A DNA stretch of 63,297 nt, counting the filler, from Chiloscyllium plagiosum (Eukaryota): the NCBI RefSeq assembly GCF_004010195.1. It is 4 parts of one record of this genome, joined end to end, with 100 filler letters (N's around TTAATTAATTAA, not from the genome) between each part and the next. Parts side by side here need not be neighbours in the genome. Positions count along the whole stretch, not along the records: positions 37,359 to 58,873 come from NC_057716.1; positions 58,974 to 63,297 come from NC_057716.1; 2 more parts are not named here. The stretch is one strand, 5' to 3'. The notes under the pieces are model-generated. The model was not told the origin of the DNA. It saw nothing but the letters and a program-made list of their open reading frames with translations, and did no database searches. The translations under genes were made by a program, and so were the position numbers. This document shows positions 51,269 to 63,150 of this stretch, piece by piece; the first letter of the stretch is position 1; the number at the start of each line of letters is the position of its first letter.

Positions 51269-51521
51269 GGAGAGAATGTTTACGGTGCAGTCACTGTAAG
51301 TGAATAATATTCACATGGATGTGTGAAATATTTTACGATTTGATCTGATGAACAAGATTGTTATACCGGATCGGAACTCCACCTGTCCCCCGTTTCTCTC
51401 CTGGTTGGGAGGTTTCCTTCATGCAATAGCAGCAGAGAGATTGAATCTATTTATAAATAACAGGGTCCACTCACAGGCTGCTGGTAAGTGAGGACCAGGG
51501 GGAATTTATCATTCTTTGTAG

Positions 51522-53300
51522 AAGAAGTAGTGGACCCAGCACCAATCCTTGTGGTCACAGGGCTCCAGACTGAAAAGCAACCCACCACCACCACCTTTGA
51601 GCCAGTTCTGTATCCAAATGGATAGTCCCTGTATTCCATGAGATCTAACCTTGCTGAAGTCCATATAGATCACATCAACTGCTCTGCCCTCATCAATCTT
51701 CTTTGTTACTTCTTCAAAAAACTCAATCAAGTTTGTGAGGCATGATTTCCCACGCACAAAGCCATGTTGACTATCCCTAATCAGTCCTTGCCTTTCCAAA
51801 TACATGTGAATCCTAAGGGACAGGATGTACCCTCCAACAACTTGTCCACCACTGAGGTCAGGCTCGCCGATCTATAGTTCCCCAGCTTGTCTTTACCACC
51901 CTTCTTAAACATTGGTACCACGTTTGCCAACCTCCAGTCTTCCGGCACCACACCTGTGACTATCGATGATACAAATATCTCAGCAAGAGGCCCAGCGATC
52001 ACTTCTCTAGTTTCCCACAGAGTTCTCGGGTACACCTGATCAGGTCCTGGGGATTTATCCACCTTTAACTGTCTCAAGACATCCAGCACTTCCTCCTTTG
52101 TTATTTGGACATTTTGCAAGATGTCACCATCTATTTCCCTACAGTCNNNNNNNNNNNNNNNNNNNNNNNNNNNNNNNNNNNNNNNNNNNNNNNGTCTTCC
52201 GACACCTCACCTGTGACTATCGATGATACAAATATCTCAGTACGGGGCCCAGTAATCACTACTCTGGCTTCCCACAGAGTTCTCGGGTATACCTGATCAG
52301 GTCCTGGGGCCACCTTTAACTGTTTCAAGACAATCAGCACTTCCTCCTCTGTAATCTGGACATTTTGCAAGATGTCACCATCTATTTCCCTACAGTCTAT
52401 ATCTTCCATATCCTTTTCCACAGTAAATACTGAGGCAAAATATTCATTTAGTATCTCCCCCATTTTCTGCGGCTCCACACAAAGACTGCCTTGCTGATCT
52501 TTGAGGGGCCCTATTCTCTCCCTCGTCCTTGATATATTAGTTAAAAACCCTTTGGATTCTCCTTAATTTTATTTGTCAAAGCTATCTCATGTCCCCCTTT
52601 TGCACTCCTGATTTCCCTCTCAAGTATACTCCTACTTCCTTTATTCTCTTCTAAGGATTCACTCNNNNNNNNNNNNNNNNNNNNNTCTTAAGTATACTCC
52701 TACTTCCTTTATACTCTTCTAAGGATTCATACGCTCTATCCTGTCTATACCTGACATATGCTTCCTTCTTTTTCTTAACAGAACCCTCAATTTCTTTAGT
52801 CATCCAGCATTCCGTATACCTACCAGCCTTCCCTTTCACCCTGACAGGAATATACTTTCTCTGGATTCTTGTTATCTCATTTCTGAAGGTTTCCCATTTC
52901 CTATTTTCCAGCCGTCCCTTTATCAGCTCCAATCAGCTTTTGAAAGTTCTTGCCTAATACCGTCAAAATTGGCCTTTCTCCAATGTAGAACTCCAACTTT
53001 TAGATCTGGTCTATCCTTTTCCATCACTATTTTAAAACAAATAGAATTATGGTCGCTGGCCCCAAAGTGCTCCCCCACTGACATCTCAGTCACCTGCCCT
53101 GCCTTACTTCCCAAGAGTAGGTCAAGTTTTGCACCTTCTCTAGTAGATACATCCACATACTGAATCAGAAAATTATCTTATATGCACTTAAGAAATTCCT
53201 CTCCATCTAAACCTGTAACACTATGGCAGTCCCAGTTGATGTTTGGAAAGTTAAAATCCTCTACCATAACTAGCCTATTATTCTTATAGATAACTGAGGT
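51522..53300 (-). mobile_element. CR1 ORF2 (APE C-terminus to RT), containing two N gaps
   Basis: GAKLDLLLG, GASDHNS, KSPGPDQVYPRTL, PEDWRLANVVPMFKKG, SQHGFVRGKSCLTNLIEFFEEVT, YMDFSK. Confidence 0.95.
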
Positions 53301-53522
53301 CACCCTTCCATTACATTGTATCTACTGTCATGGACAGACTCTGATATAAAGAAATGAGTGTTTTTTCCAATAACTGAAATCACTGTGGTTTGTATATTTC
53401 ACTCATTAAACCCCTCATGTGGCCAAAACTCCTTTTTTTTTGTGCAAGTACTATTGTATAAGTGGACTGCTCAAACACATCATATGACTAGCAATGCAAG
53501 AGAAAGTTTGATTGCAGGACAT

Positions 53523-53604
53523 TAGAGTCATAGAGATGTACAGCACTGAAACAGACCCTTCGATCAAACTCCTTCATGCTGACCAGATATCTTAAATTAA
53601 TCTA
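53523..53604 (-). mobile_element. Short CR1 3' tail
   Basis: tagagtcatagagatgtacagcactgaaacagaccctt. Confidence 0.8.
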
Positions 53605-53749
53605 ATATTCTGAAATCAAAAATGGATTGAATTTCATTCATACCTTTATCTGCTTCAGATTCAGTGCAGAAAAAACTTGACTACATAAAAGCTGGACACT
53701 TGTGAGCAATGCAATGGGTGGCAATGGCCAGGCAATACATGTTTCTGAG

Positions 53750-53870
53750 TTTCAGTTCTGAAGGAGGGTCACTGGACCTGAAACATTGACTTGCTCTTTT
53801 TCCATTGATGCTAACATACCTGCTGAATTTCTCCAGCAATTTCTGTTTTTGTTCCAGGTTCCCAGTTTTT
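53750..53870 (+). mobile_element. PLE pLTR fragment with degenerate hammerhead
   Basis: ctgaagg-agggtc-actg-gacct-gaaac at 53758-53784, followed by cctgctgaatttctccagcaatttctgtttttg. Confidence 0.65.
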
Positions 53871-54087
53871 TTTATTACACATTTCTGGTTGACTGCATCC
53901 TCTGTTGAGGTGTTCTTGGGGCATAGTACCTGGAAAATTAGCTCTTTTAACCTATCTGCCTATAACATCACAGCTGGAGTATAACCTGGAATCAGCATTA
54001 TATTTAACATAGACATTGGGTATGTTTAAATAGCAATGGTCTCTAACTAGTAAATGAGGGACTGCTGCACTGTGAAACTTCAAATTT

Positions 54088-54391
54088 GGATTAGGTTACC
54101 TACAGTGTGGAAACAGGTCCTTCGGCCCAACAAGTCCACACCAACCCTCTGCTGAGTAAACCACCTAGGCCCATTTCCCTCTGACTAATGCACCTAACAC
54201 TATGGGCAAATTAGCATGGCCAATTCACCTAACCTGCACATCTTTGGAGTGTGGGATGAAACCGGAGGAAACCCATGCAGATACGGAGAAAATGTGCAAA
54301 CTCCACAGAGACAGTCGCCCAAGGCTAGAATCGAACCTGGGTCCCTGGTGCTGTGAGGCAGCAGTGCTAACCACTGAGCCACCGTGCCACC
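54088..54391 (-). mobile_element. HE1-type SINE
   Basis: Antisense tRNA head and HE1 body. Confidence 0.94.
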
Positions 54392-55857
54392 TTAAAGTTA
54401 TGGGTAGCGTTAAATGCTCTTGATGGAACCTGATGAAAATAGTGAGGGAACATTTATGAAATGGTGGTGTCACAATTTTGCCAATGCATTCTGTCCTCTC
54501 AATATCTCTACCTACTTGTGAAAAAACATTGGTAGATTGCCTGATCAGATGGGGATCTACTTTGTATTACCAGATTAAGACCCAATAATATCGTCAGCTG
54601 CTCAATATTATTTTAACTCTGACATTTGGAAAAACTCACACAGGGCCAGCAATGATAGTGGAAGTCATGGGGCCAAAACTAACCAAAGCAAATTCAAAAA
54701 TGTAACTTTTTTTTGGTGGAATTGTCATGGGCAAGTTTGAATAGGCACTGCTAAGGTACTCTAAGTCTTCTCCAGCCATAGACTTGCTTATTGTTTGCTG
54801 TATTTTATGGCAACTAACTCCTTTCACTATTGTTAACTTTAAGGTTGGACTTTTGCTCTCACGCACCAGCCATGATACAATTGCAGCCAGTCTTCGACAT
54901 AAAGCCCCATTCTGCTTTATTCCAAAAGGCCAGTGTCAAAATCATGCAGAACACCCTCCTTCTCCACATTGCTTAAAATTGACAATTGTGTTTCTAGTTG
55001 CTTTGTCAGTTACATATGGAATATGTACAATGTAACTTAATTAAAGGCTTAGATCATTAATGTTTTGTTTTAATGCTTTCAGAAAGTAATATAAAAGAGT
55101 ATTGTGGCTGGATTAAGATCGGAAGATCAAGTTGCATGCCTTTCAAGTTTATTATTCCAGGATGTGTTTCCTATTTTTTTTTCCCTTTTTCTTAAGAGTA
55201 TTGGATTTGAATTTAATTTGTTTGTCTTTGCTTGGATTAAGCAGTCAGTTTGGTTCTGACCTAACGATCCTTTGAAGAGGTATCATCTGATCTCCATTTA
55301 ATCACTTAATGTGTGCTTTGGTTAACCATTTTCAACAAAGCTTTCAGGATCAATCCTTGCAATTTGTTGAGTTAAAAAATTTCGACTGAGAGAAGGGTGA
55401 TTGTTGTGCTACTGTTTGATTCAGTTTCACCGGATTGGTGAGGCGTATTTTCAGGCTGCATGTTTTATTTTTGTTTTTGCAACGGTGGTCGACAAACAGT
55501 CCCATGTTATTTCAGCACAGTCGTGTACAAATATGCAAGCAATTTTAGTCTTGTCAAAGTGCATTTAAGAGTAAATTAATTTTTTAGAATCCGAAGTATG
55601 GAGTTTCAATGGACACAATCAGGAAATTGCTTCTGAAATTGGGTCTTCAGTTGGGTTTAAAATTCCACTAAAATTCCTTATTTTCGAAATGTTCTTAAAT
55701 TGTGCAATGCTCCAGGATTTTGCTTTCCTCTGATGTTGGCTTTGTTGGCCTCTTGTTTCTTTGGGTAGTCATTTACAATGTGCTGTCAAAGCCATAAGCT
55801 CATGATTTCAACCAGAAATATTCCCTTTTCTCTGTTGTCTTTTAAGATGTTCCTTTG

Positions 55858-56070
55858 AGTGACTTCCCTATTATTATCCTCCATTCCTTTAACAATAAAT
55901 GCCAAAACTCCATTTGTCTTTCTTATTACCTGCTGTACCTGCATACTCATTTTCTGTGATACATGCACAAAGACACTCAGATCCCTGTGTAACAAAGCAC
56001 TCTGAGGTTTCTCTCCATTTAGATAATTATTTGCCTTTCTATCCCTCCCTCCAAAGCAAATAACTTCACA
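55858..56070 (-). mobile_element. Old CR1 ORF2 fragment
   Basis: LHRDLSVFVHVSQKMSMQVQQVIRKTNGVLAFI. Confidence 0.75.
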
Positions 56071-56074
56071 AGGC

Positions 56075-57320
56075 TGGAGAACAACAGATAAAGGAAACTG
56101 CGTCAGACCTGGCAGGCCCTCAGCAAAATTGGAAGAGACAGCTGCACGAAGGACATCCCTCCCACGATGAAAATATCCGGAGGGATGGCCACCAACAAAA
56201 AAAGAGACAGTAGGAGTCCATCACAAAGCTTTGAAATGGTTGACATCGTGAGTGGCCCAGTGAAACCTAACCTCTGTTCCTCGGGAGCCACATCACTGCC
56301 CTGGGCAACATGGAGGAGAACACGATGGCAGCTCTGTCCTTTTCAGAACCAGACATTCTTGGCTTAGTACTTGCCCCAATGATACTGGATCGGGGCAACA
56401 ATCCTAGAGAGGAACAGGACAGTTGCCTCAGCCTTGAGAGGGTGCAACAGTTCACCATGGAGATGGAGGAGCTTGCCCAGTGACAATACTGTGGGTGAGT
56501 GTGCATTGGACACTTGATAATGTAAAACCATCTGAAATAGATTTGAAAATTGCCAACATTAACGTGCGTAGCATTAAAACCATGACATGTTGTATTTTCA
56601 CACTGGCTTACCTGGCCAAGATCAAAGCGGGCCTTCAGTTTCCACAGGACTGCGGAATACAGCACAAGGAATGGTCAAGCTTGTAGGCCCTTGGGCCTTT
56701 GGATTGGTTGGGGACCAGTGATTGCCATTGCTTGGGCCTGTGTATTCTGCTGTAAGAAGGAATTTCACCTTACCCGAAGTTGAGATAGTGGATGGGTCCC
56801 TCCTTTTAGCAGATGTCATGTACAGAAAGGCCTCCCTAGGACTAATCCCCATCCCCAAAACACAGCCTCGCAGAAAATCCTTGATAGAAATGGTTAAAGA
56901 TGGCAAGCTGCACAATATCTTCACCTCTGCAGATGGAATGCAATGTACATAAATCTGGTCATTGCCAGACAGGTCTGCCCCGAAGGATAGATTTAGTCTG
57001 AGTGCTGAGTGTTCTACGTTGCATCTACTGATGTTACGCCTGTGTTCTTCTCTGGCCGACTGACGCCTACAGGACGACCAGAAGATGATCAATGGAACAT
57101 GCAAACTGAATGTGAAACTGTTGATCCCAGAACACATTGAGGAGCTCAAGTGGGATTACACAGATTAGAGAACCATGAAACCTCGTTTTGAGTCTCCAGT
57201 GGACTGTTGGGAAGCAATTAAAGGGAACCTCAAGAGCTTCTTCATCAAAGGTGTTCAGAGACAACAGAGACACAGCTGAAACTGTCAATACTCAGGAAAA
57301 ATATGCAGAACCTACTCCTT
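56075..57320 (+). mobile_element. Tx1/L1-clade LINE remnant (ORF1 end plus APE)
   Basis: LKIANINVRSIK; VEIVDGSLLLADVMY; KLNVKLL; CWEAIKGNLKSFFI. Confidence 0.7.
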
Positions 57321-57321
57321 T

Positions 57322-57905
57322 AGACTCTCCTTCCTGGATGTATTAATAGAATGCACACCTACCGGTGAACTCCGACCAGTGTGTACAGGAAGAACAACCA
57401 GATACTGAACTACAAAAGCAATCATCCCAACACCCACAAACAAAGCTCTCTAGAATGTTATTCAAATGAGCAAAGACACACGGCAGAAACCCAGAATTTA
57501 AGAAGGCAGAATAGGACCACCTATTCAAGAGATTTAAACAAAACAGGTATCCCAAGAACACTATCCTCTGATATCGATACAGCAAACCTAAAGGGAAAAA
57601 ACACCCTACATGACCAGAAACAAAAGTGACCAAGCCATACATCACAGAAATATCACAAATGACTACACAACTACTCAGACCCCATGGAAACTTAGTGGCC
57701 CACAAACTAGTAAGCACCTTTCACCAACTTCTCACAAGGGCTAAAGTCCCAACACCCACATCCAACAGGACAAACGTTAATTTACAAAATATCTTGGACT
57801 GTGAAAAACACTTCATTGGACAAATAGGAAGAAAACTGACCATACGAATGTGTGAACATCAACTCACCACTGCCAGACATGACCAGTACACACTCACTTT
57901 AGATA
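57322..57905 (+). mobile_element. Poseidon-type PLE fragment (RT thumb plus GIY-YIG)
   Basis: FLDVLI; VYRK..QILNYKSNHPNTHK; PYITEISQ..LLRPHG; DCEKHFIGQIGRKLTIRMCEH. Confidence 0.85.
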
Positions 57906-58616
57906 AATGATAACATTACATCTGTACTGAGGGAGGATATTCCCGGAAATACATTCAAGGAGGTTATTTGGGTGGAACTGAGAAATAAGAAAGGGATGAT
58001 CACCTTATTGGGGTTGTATTATAGACCACCTAATAGTCACCGGGAAATTGAGAACAAATTTGTAAGGGATCTCAGTTATCTATCAGAATAATAGGTTGGT
58101 TATGGTGGAGGATTTTAACCTTCCAAACATCGACTGGGACTGCCATAGTTTAAGGGTTTAGATGGAGAGGAATTTGTTAAGTATGTACAAGAACATTTTC
58201 CGATTCAGTATGTGGATGTACCTACTAGAGAAGGTGCAAAACTTGACTTACTCTTGGGAAATAAGGCAGGGCAGGTGACTGAGGTGTCAGTGGGGGAGCA
58301 CTTTGGGGCCAGCGACCGTAATTCTATTCGTTTTAAAAGAGGGAAGGAAAAAGATAGATCAGATTCAAAAGTTGAAGTTCTAAATTGGAGGAAGGCCAAT
58401 TTTGACAGTATTAGGCAAGAATTTTTGAAAGCTGATTGGGGCAGATGTTCGCAAGTAAAGGGATAGCTGGAAAATGAGAAGCCTTCAGAAATGAGATAAC
58501 GAGAATCCAGAGAAAGTATATTCCTGTTAGGGTGAAAGGAAAGGCTGTAACATATAGAGAAAGCTGGATGATGAAGGAAATGGTTTGGTTAAGAAAAAGA
58601 AGGAAGCATATGTCAG
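57906..58616 (+). mobile_element. CR1 ORF2 APE fragment
   Basis: LGLYYRPP, DFNLPNIDW, PTREGAKLDLLLGN, GASDRNS. Confidence 0.93.
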
Positions 58617-58873
58617 GGATAACCGAACAACCCAAATGGCCTCCTTCTTCAAAGACCGCAATTTCCCCTCAGACGTGGTTGACGATGTTATCCATCACAT
58701 CTCCTCCACTTCCCGCTCCTCCACCCTTGAACCCCGCCACCAGGGCTAAAGTCCCAACACCCACATCCAACAGGATGCCACCAGGACAGAACCCCACTGG
58801 TCCTCACCTACCACCCCACCAACCTCCAGATACATCGTATCATCCTTCATCATTTCTGCCACCTCCAAACAGA
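58617..58873 (+). mobile_element. Neptune-type PLE coding fragment
   Basis: RTTQMASFFKDRNFPSDVVDD..DRTPLVLTYHPTNLQIHRIIL. Confidence 0.8.
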
Positions 58874-58973
58874 NNNNNNNNNNNNNNNNNNNNNNNNNNN
58901 NNNNNNNNNNNNNNNNNTTAATTAATTAANNNNNNNNNNNNNNNNNNNNNNNNNNNNNNNNNNNNNNNNNNNN
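58874..58973. other. Artificial gap/contig join
   Basis: 44 N + TTAATTAATTAA + 44 N. Confidence 0.97.
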
Positions 58974-59185
58974 CGCCTTTTTGACCTGCAATCTTCTTCC
59001 CGACCTCTCCGCCCCCACCCCCTCTCCGGCCTATCATCCTCACCTTAACCTCCTCCCTACCTTTTATCTTAGCCTGCTTGGCACACCCTCCTCATTCCTG
59101 AAGAAGGGCTTATGCCCGAAACCCGATTCTCCTGCTCCTTTGATGCTGCCTGACCTGCTGCGCTTTTCCAGCAACACATTTTTCA
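58974..59185 (+). mobile_element. PLE pLTR 3' part with hammerhead motif
   Basis: 59098-59122 CTGAAGA-A-GGGC-TTAT-GCCC-GAAAC; downstream sequence closely matches 25740-25798. Confidence 0.87.
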
Positions 59186-59214
59186 TTTCTTATGGCTAAT
59201 CCAGCTAGCTTACA

Positions 59215-59405
59215 CATCACTGTACACTATGGATAACTTAGCAAGGCCAATCCACTTAACCTGCACATCTTTAGACTGTGGAAGGATACTGGAGCACCCA
59301 TGTAGACACGGGGAGAATGTACACACTCCACGTCAACTGAGAGTGGAATCAAAACCAGGCCCCTGATGTGAGGAGGCAGTGCTAACCACTGAGCCACCAT
59401 GTCAC
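59215..59405 (-). mobile_element. HE1-type SINE, partial
   Basis: Antisense head (gcagtgctaaccactgagccacc) and body. Confidence 0.85.
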
Positions 59406-59984
59406 CCTTTTGGGCACTTTTTAATACAAAAGTTATTTTCAAGTCCGTAAAATTGGTAGTAGTGGATGGTTGAGTTAAAATGTAAAGTTTTTTTAAAAAA
59501 ATAAACAAAAGAATTACAGTTTTTGGAAGTCAGAAACAAAAACAGAAATTGTTGAAAAATCTCAGTAACATTTGGCAGCATCTGTGGAGAGAAATCAGTT
59601 CCGTTTTATGGTCTGATTTCTCACTCCTGTTTTGAGTGTTATGACTATTGAAAAAATGAAATAATTATGTGGACCTGGTTAATTCTTTACCAAAAAGGAA
59701 ACTAGATATGGTCTTAACACTTCTCTTACTATAGCAGAGCCATCTTTATAAAATTGGAGACTGATGATTTGAACACTGAAGATTTTGATAAATTATTAAC
59801 TTTCATTGACAAAATCTGTCAGAAAGATGATTAACTGACTGTTTGTAATGACATGGAAAGATTTTGACAAACTTAGAATGACTATGGTTCATATCATGGA
59901 AAGTACCTAAAGGAATTAAGTAGATTATTTGCTAGATTGCAGAAATTTTGTTGGAAATTCCCAATCTGTGCTGTTATTTAAATT

Positions 59985-60985
59985 AAAAACCAAAAGAACT
60001 GCTGATGCTGTAAATCAAAAACAAAAACAGGAATTGCTGGAAAAGCTCAGCAGGTCTGGCAATGCCTGTGAAGACAAAACAAAGCTTTGGGACCAGTAAT
60101 GCTTCGTCAGAGTTGATGGTAGCTCGGAAAATGTCAGTTTTTATGCAGAAGATTTGGTGGCGGGGGGTGGGTCGGGGGGAGGTAGTGGAATAAGGAGTAA
60201 GTAATAGCTGGGGGTAGAGCCAAAGTAGATAGAACAGTTGGACAGACAAAGGAATGGATAATGATCTGGCTAGGAAGATGAATAGCTGTTAATGGAGATT
60301 GTTTGTGGCTAACAATGGGTTCCGTGTAACAACAGACTCCTCGAGCTCATCTCTCCACCCTTCAGGTTCTTTGCCTTTATTCCTGATGAAGGGCTTTTCC
60401 CCGAAAGGTCGATTTTACTGCTCCTCAGATGCTGCCTGAACTGCTTGCTCTTCCAGCACCACTAATCCAGAATCTGGTTTCCAGCATCTGCGGTCATTGT
60501 TTTTACCTATGTGATCACAAGGCCTGGTTTGTTGGTCTGAGGGCTAGGACACAGCAGAGTTCAAGCTGTAATGTTATTGAACTCGATGTTGAGCCCAGAA
60601 CGCTGCAGTGTCCCCAAGTGGAAAACGAGATGTTGTTGTTCCAGCTTACACTGAGCTTCGCTGAAGCACTGCAGCAAGCCTGAGACAGAAATATTGGCCA
60701 GAGGACAGGAAAGTGTATTGAAATGGCTGGCAACTGGAAGTGCAGGGTCATTTTTACAGCACAACATAGGTGTTCTGCAAAGCTTTGTTTCTCCAATATG
60801 GAGGAGACCACATTGTGAGCAGCGAATACAGTAAACTAGATTGTGTGAAGTGCCAGTAAAGTGCTGCTTCACCTGCAGGTGTGTTTGGGCCCGTAGATAC
60901 TGAGGAGGGAGGAGGTAACTGGGCAAGTGTTACACTTTTGACACTTACAGAGGAAGTTGCTGTGGGAGGGGGGAGGGGTTGTGCT
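59985..60985 (-). mobile_element. Neptune-type PLE 3' part (Cys-rich linker, GIY-YIG endonuclease, pLTR)
   Basis: CKCQKCNTCP; NLVYCIRCSQCGLLHIGETK; PVASHFN; EQQHLVFHLGTLQRSGLNIEF; degenerate hammerhead at 60084-60111. Confidence 0.9.
60340..60508 (+). mobile_element. PLE pLTR end nested antisense inside another PLE
   Basis: Near copy of 37485-37615; hammerhead 60383-60410 CTGATGA-A-GGGC-TTTT-CCCC-GAAAG-GTC. Confidence 0.85.
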
Positions 60986-61832
60986 TGTTGAGAGTGAAGG
61001 AAGAGTAGAGAGTGCTGGAAATAATTTACATAATAACAGTCTTTTAGCAGCTGCTTTTTTGACTACTAGTTTTGCTTTTTGTGTTGTGGCAATCATTTCA
61101 AAAATCTCAATTTCTGAAATGATGGGTCAAAATGATATGAAGCTGTGAAAATGTGACTCCTTATATTGCTGATCATCCTGTGAATTTCACCATAATATCT
61201 TTGTTATTTATAATAAAGACACTGCAGTATCACAGAACCTTTGCAGTACTATCTCAATATCTTCCAAAACAATCAAGGTTTTAGTTCACTATATCTAAGG
61301 TAAGAAGTTCCAGCTCCGAGCTGAGCTCTCTGAATAAAGTGCAAAGTGAAAGAACCTACACATACCAACATTGGAACAGATTAAAATACACGTTACCGGA
61401 GGTTGTTTTTGTTGTCTCAAAGCAACTATTTTGAGATTAGCAAAAATAAAAGTGGTATTATATTCTTGGATTTGGTTGAGGAGACAAAAAGGAACCTATG
61501 TAGTTGCCAACCTTTTTGTAAAAAGGAATGGTTGCACATTATAAAAACAGGAAAACTGTTCAAGTTAAGAGTATTAGGAATCCTTGTTTTGATTATCAAT
61601 GCAACTTGATGTATTGTACAGTATTTTGCTCACTCCATCAGCACAATGTAGTTTTCCTTCTTTTTTTACAAAATAAACTTAATGATCCAAAATTTTGATT
61701 GCAATATGCTTATGTTCTAAAGTAGCTGCTATATCTTTTCCAATTTGAAAGGAAAATAAAGTGAGCTCTTGGGAGCTATGAATAATGGTGTACTAGTTCC
61801 TGGACAATAGACTATCTTAAGGAACTCAGTAA

Positions 61833-62145
61833 TTTAGATTAGATTCTATATAGTGTGGAAACAGACCATTCTGCCCAACAAGTCCACACTGCCCCCCCTC
61901 CCCCCGAAGAGAAACCCACCCAAACCCATTCCCCTACCCTATATTTACCCCTGACTAACGCACCTAATACTGTGGGCAATTTAGTGTGACCAATTCACCT
62001 GACCTGCACATCTTTGGATTGTGGGAGGAAACCAAAGTACCCGGAGGAAGTCCACACAGACACAGGGAGAATGTGCAAACTCCACACAAACAGGCAGGAA
62101 TGAACCCTGGTGCTGTGAGGCAGCAGTGCTAACCACTGAGTCGCC
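61833..62145 (-). mobile_element. HE1-type SINE
   Basis: tagattagatt tail, body, antisense head. Confidence 0.92.
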
Positions 62146-62253
62146 CAAAATTAAATTCAAACTTCACCATTTTCTGTTTTGGGATTCGAACCTGGGTCCC
62201 CAGAAAATTACCTGAGTTTTCAGATTAATAGTCAAATGATAACACCACTAGGC
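62146..62253 (-). mobile_element. SINE-B/LINE-B tRNA-like head fragment
   Basis: gggattcgaacctgggtccccag...accactaggcca (antisense B and A boxes). Confidence 0.75.
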
Positions 62254-62315
62254 CAGAGCAAAGGTACATTTTGATAGAGAGTGTTTTGAATGGCAGTCTC
62301 TCTAGGTGGCAGTTT

Positions 62316-62550
62316 TTAGATTAGATTAGATTTTCTATAGTGGGGAAACAGGCCCTTTGGCCCAACAAGTGGACCCTCCGAAGAGCAACCTACCCAGATC
62401 CATTTCCCTCTGGCTAATGCAGCTATCACTATGGCAATTTAGCATGGCCAATTCACCTGACCTGCACTTCTTTGGATTGTGGGAGGAAACCGGAGCACCC
62501 GAAGGAAACCCACACAGACATGGGGAGAATGTGCAAACTCCACACAGACA
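62316..62550 (-). mobile_element. HE1-type SINE, head missing
   Basis: (tagat)n tail plus HE1 body. Confidence 0.9.
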
Positions 62551-62563
62551 GGGTTGTATCAGA

Positions 62564-62830
62564 GAATCATAGAAATTATAGAATCCTTACAGTGTGGAAA
62601 TAGGCTATTTGACCCAACAAGTCCACACCGACCCTCTGAAGAGTAACCCATCCAGACCCATTCCACTACCCTATTACTCTACACTTCCCCTGACTAATGC
62701 ACTAACGTACACATCCGTGAGCACTGTTGGGAATTTAGCTCAGCCAAATCACCTAACCTGCATGTATTTGGACTGTGTGAGGAAACCGGAGCACTGGAGG
62801 AAACCCGCGCAAAAATGCAGACAGTATCCT
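62564..62830 (-). mobile_element. HE1-type SINE, head missing
   Basis: HE1 body with gaatcataga-type tail. Confidence 0.85.
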
Positions 62831-62844
62831 AGGCTCAACCATCT

Positions 62845-63150
62845 TCAAATGATTCAATGACCTTACTTCCATCATAAAGTCGGAAGTGAGGATGTTCATC
62901 AATGGCATAACTACCACTTAGTTCCCGATGATCAACATCCTAGGGATTACCATTGACCAGAAAATGAACTGGACTAGTGATAAAAATATTGTGGTTAAGC
63001 AGCAGATCAGAGACTCAACATCTTCCAGTGAGTAACTCACCTCCTGGCAGCCCAAATTCTGTCTGTCATTTACAAGGCACAAGTCAGAAGTGTGATAGAA
63101 TACCCTCCACTTGTTTGTATGAATGCAGCTCCAGGAACACAAGAAGCTTG
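62845..63150 (+). mobile_element. LINE-B RT C-terminal fragment
   Basis: INILGITIDQKMNW; IYKAQVRSVIEY-type remnants. Confidence 0.8.

Noticed and set aside
51938..52725. Tandem duplications flanking N runs 52147-52193 and 52665-52685
   Set aside because: Overlapping or diverged CR1 copies abutting gaps; most likely scaffolding artefacts
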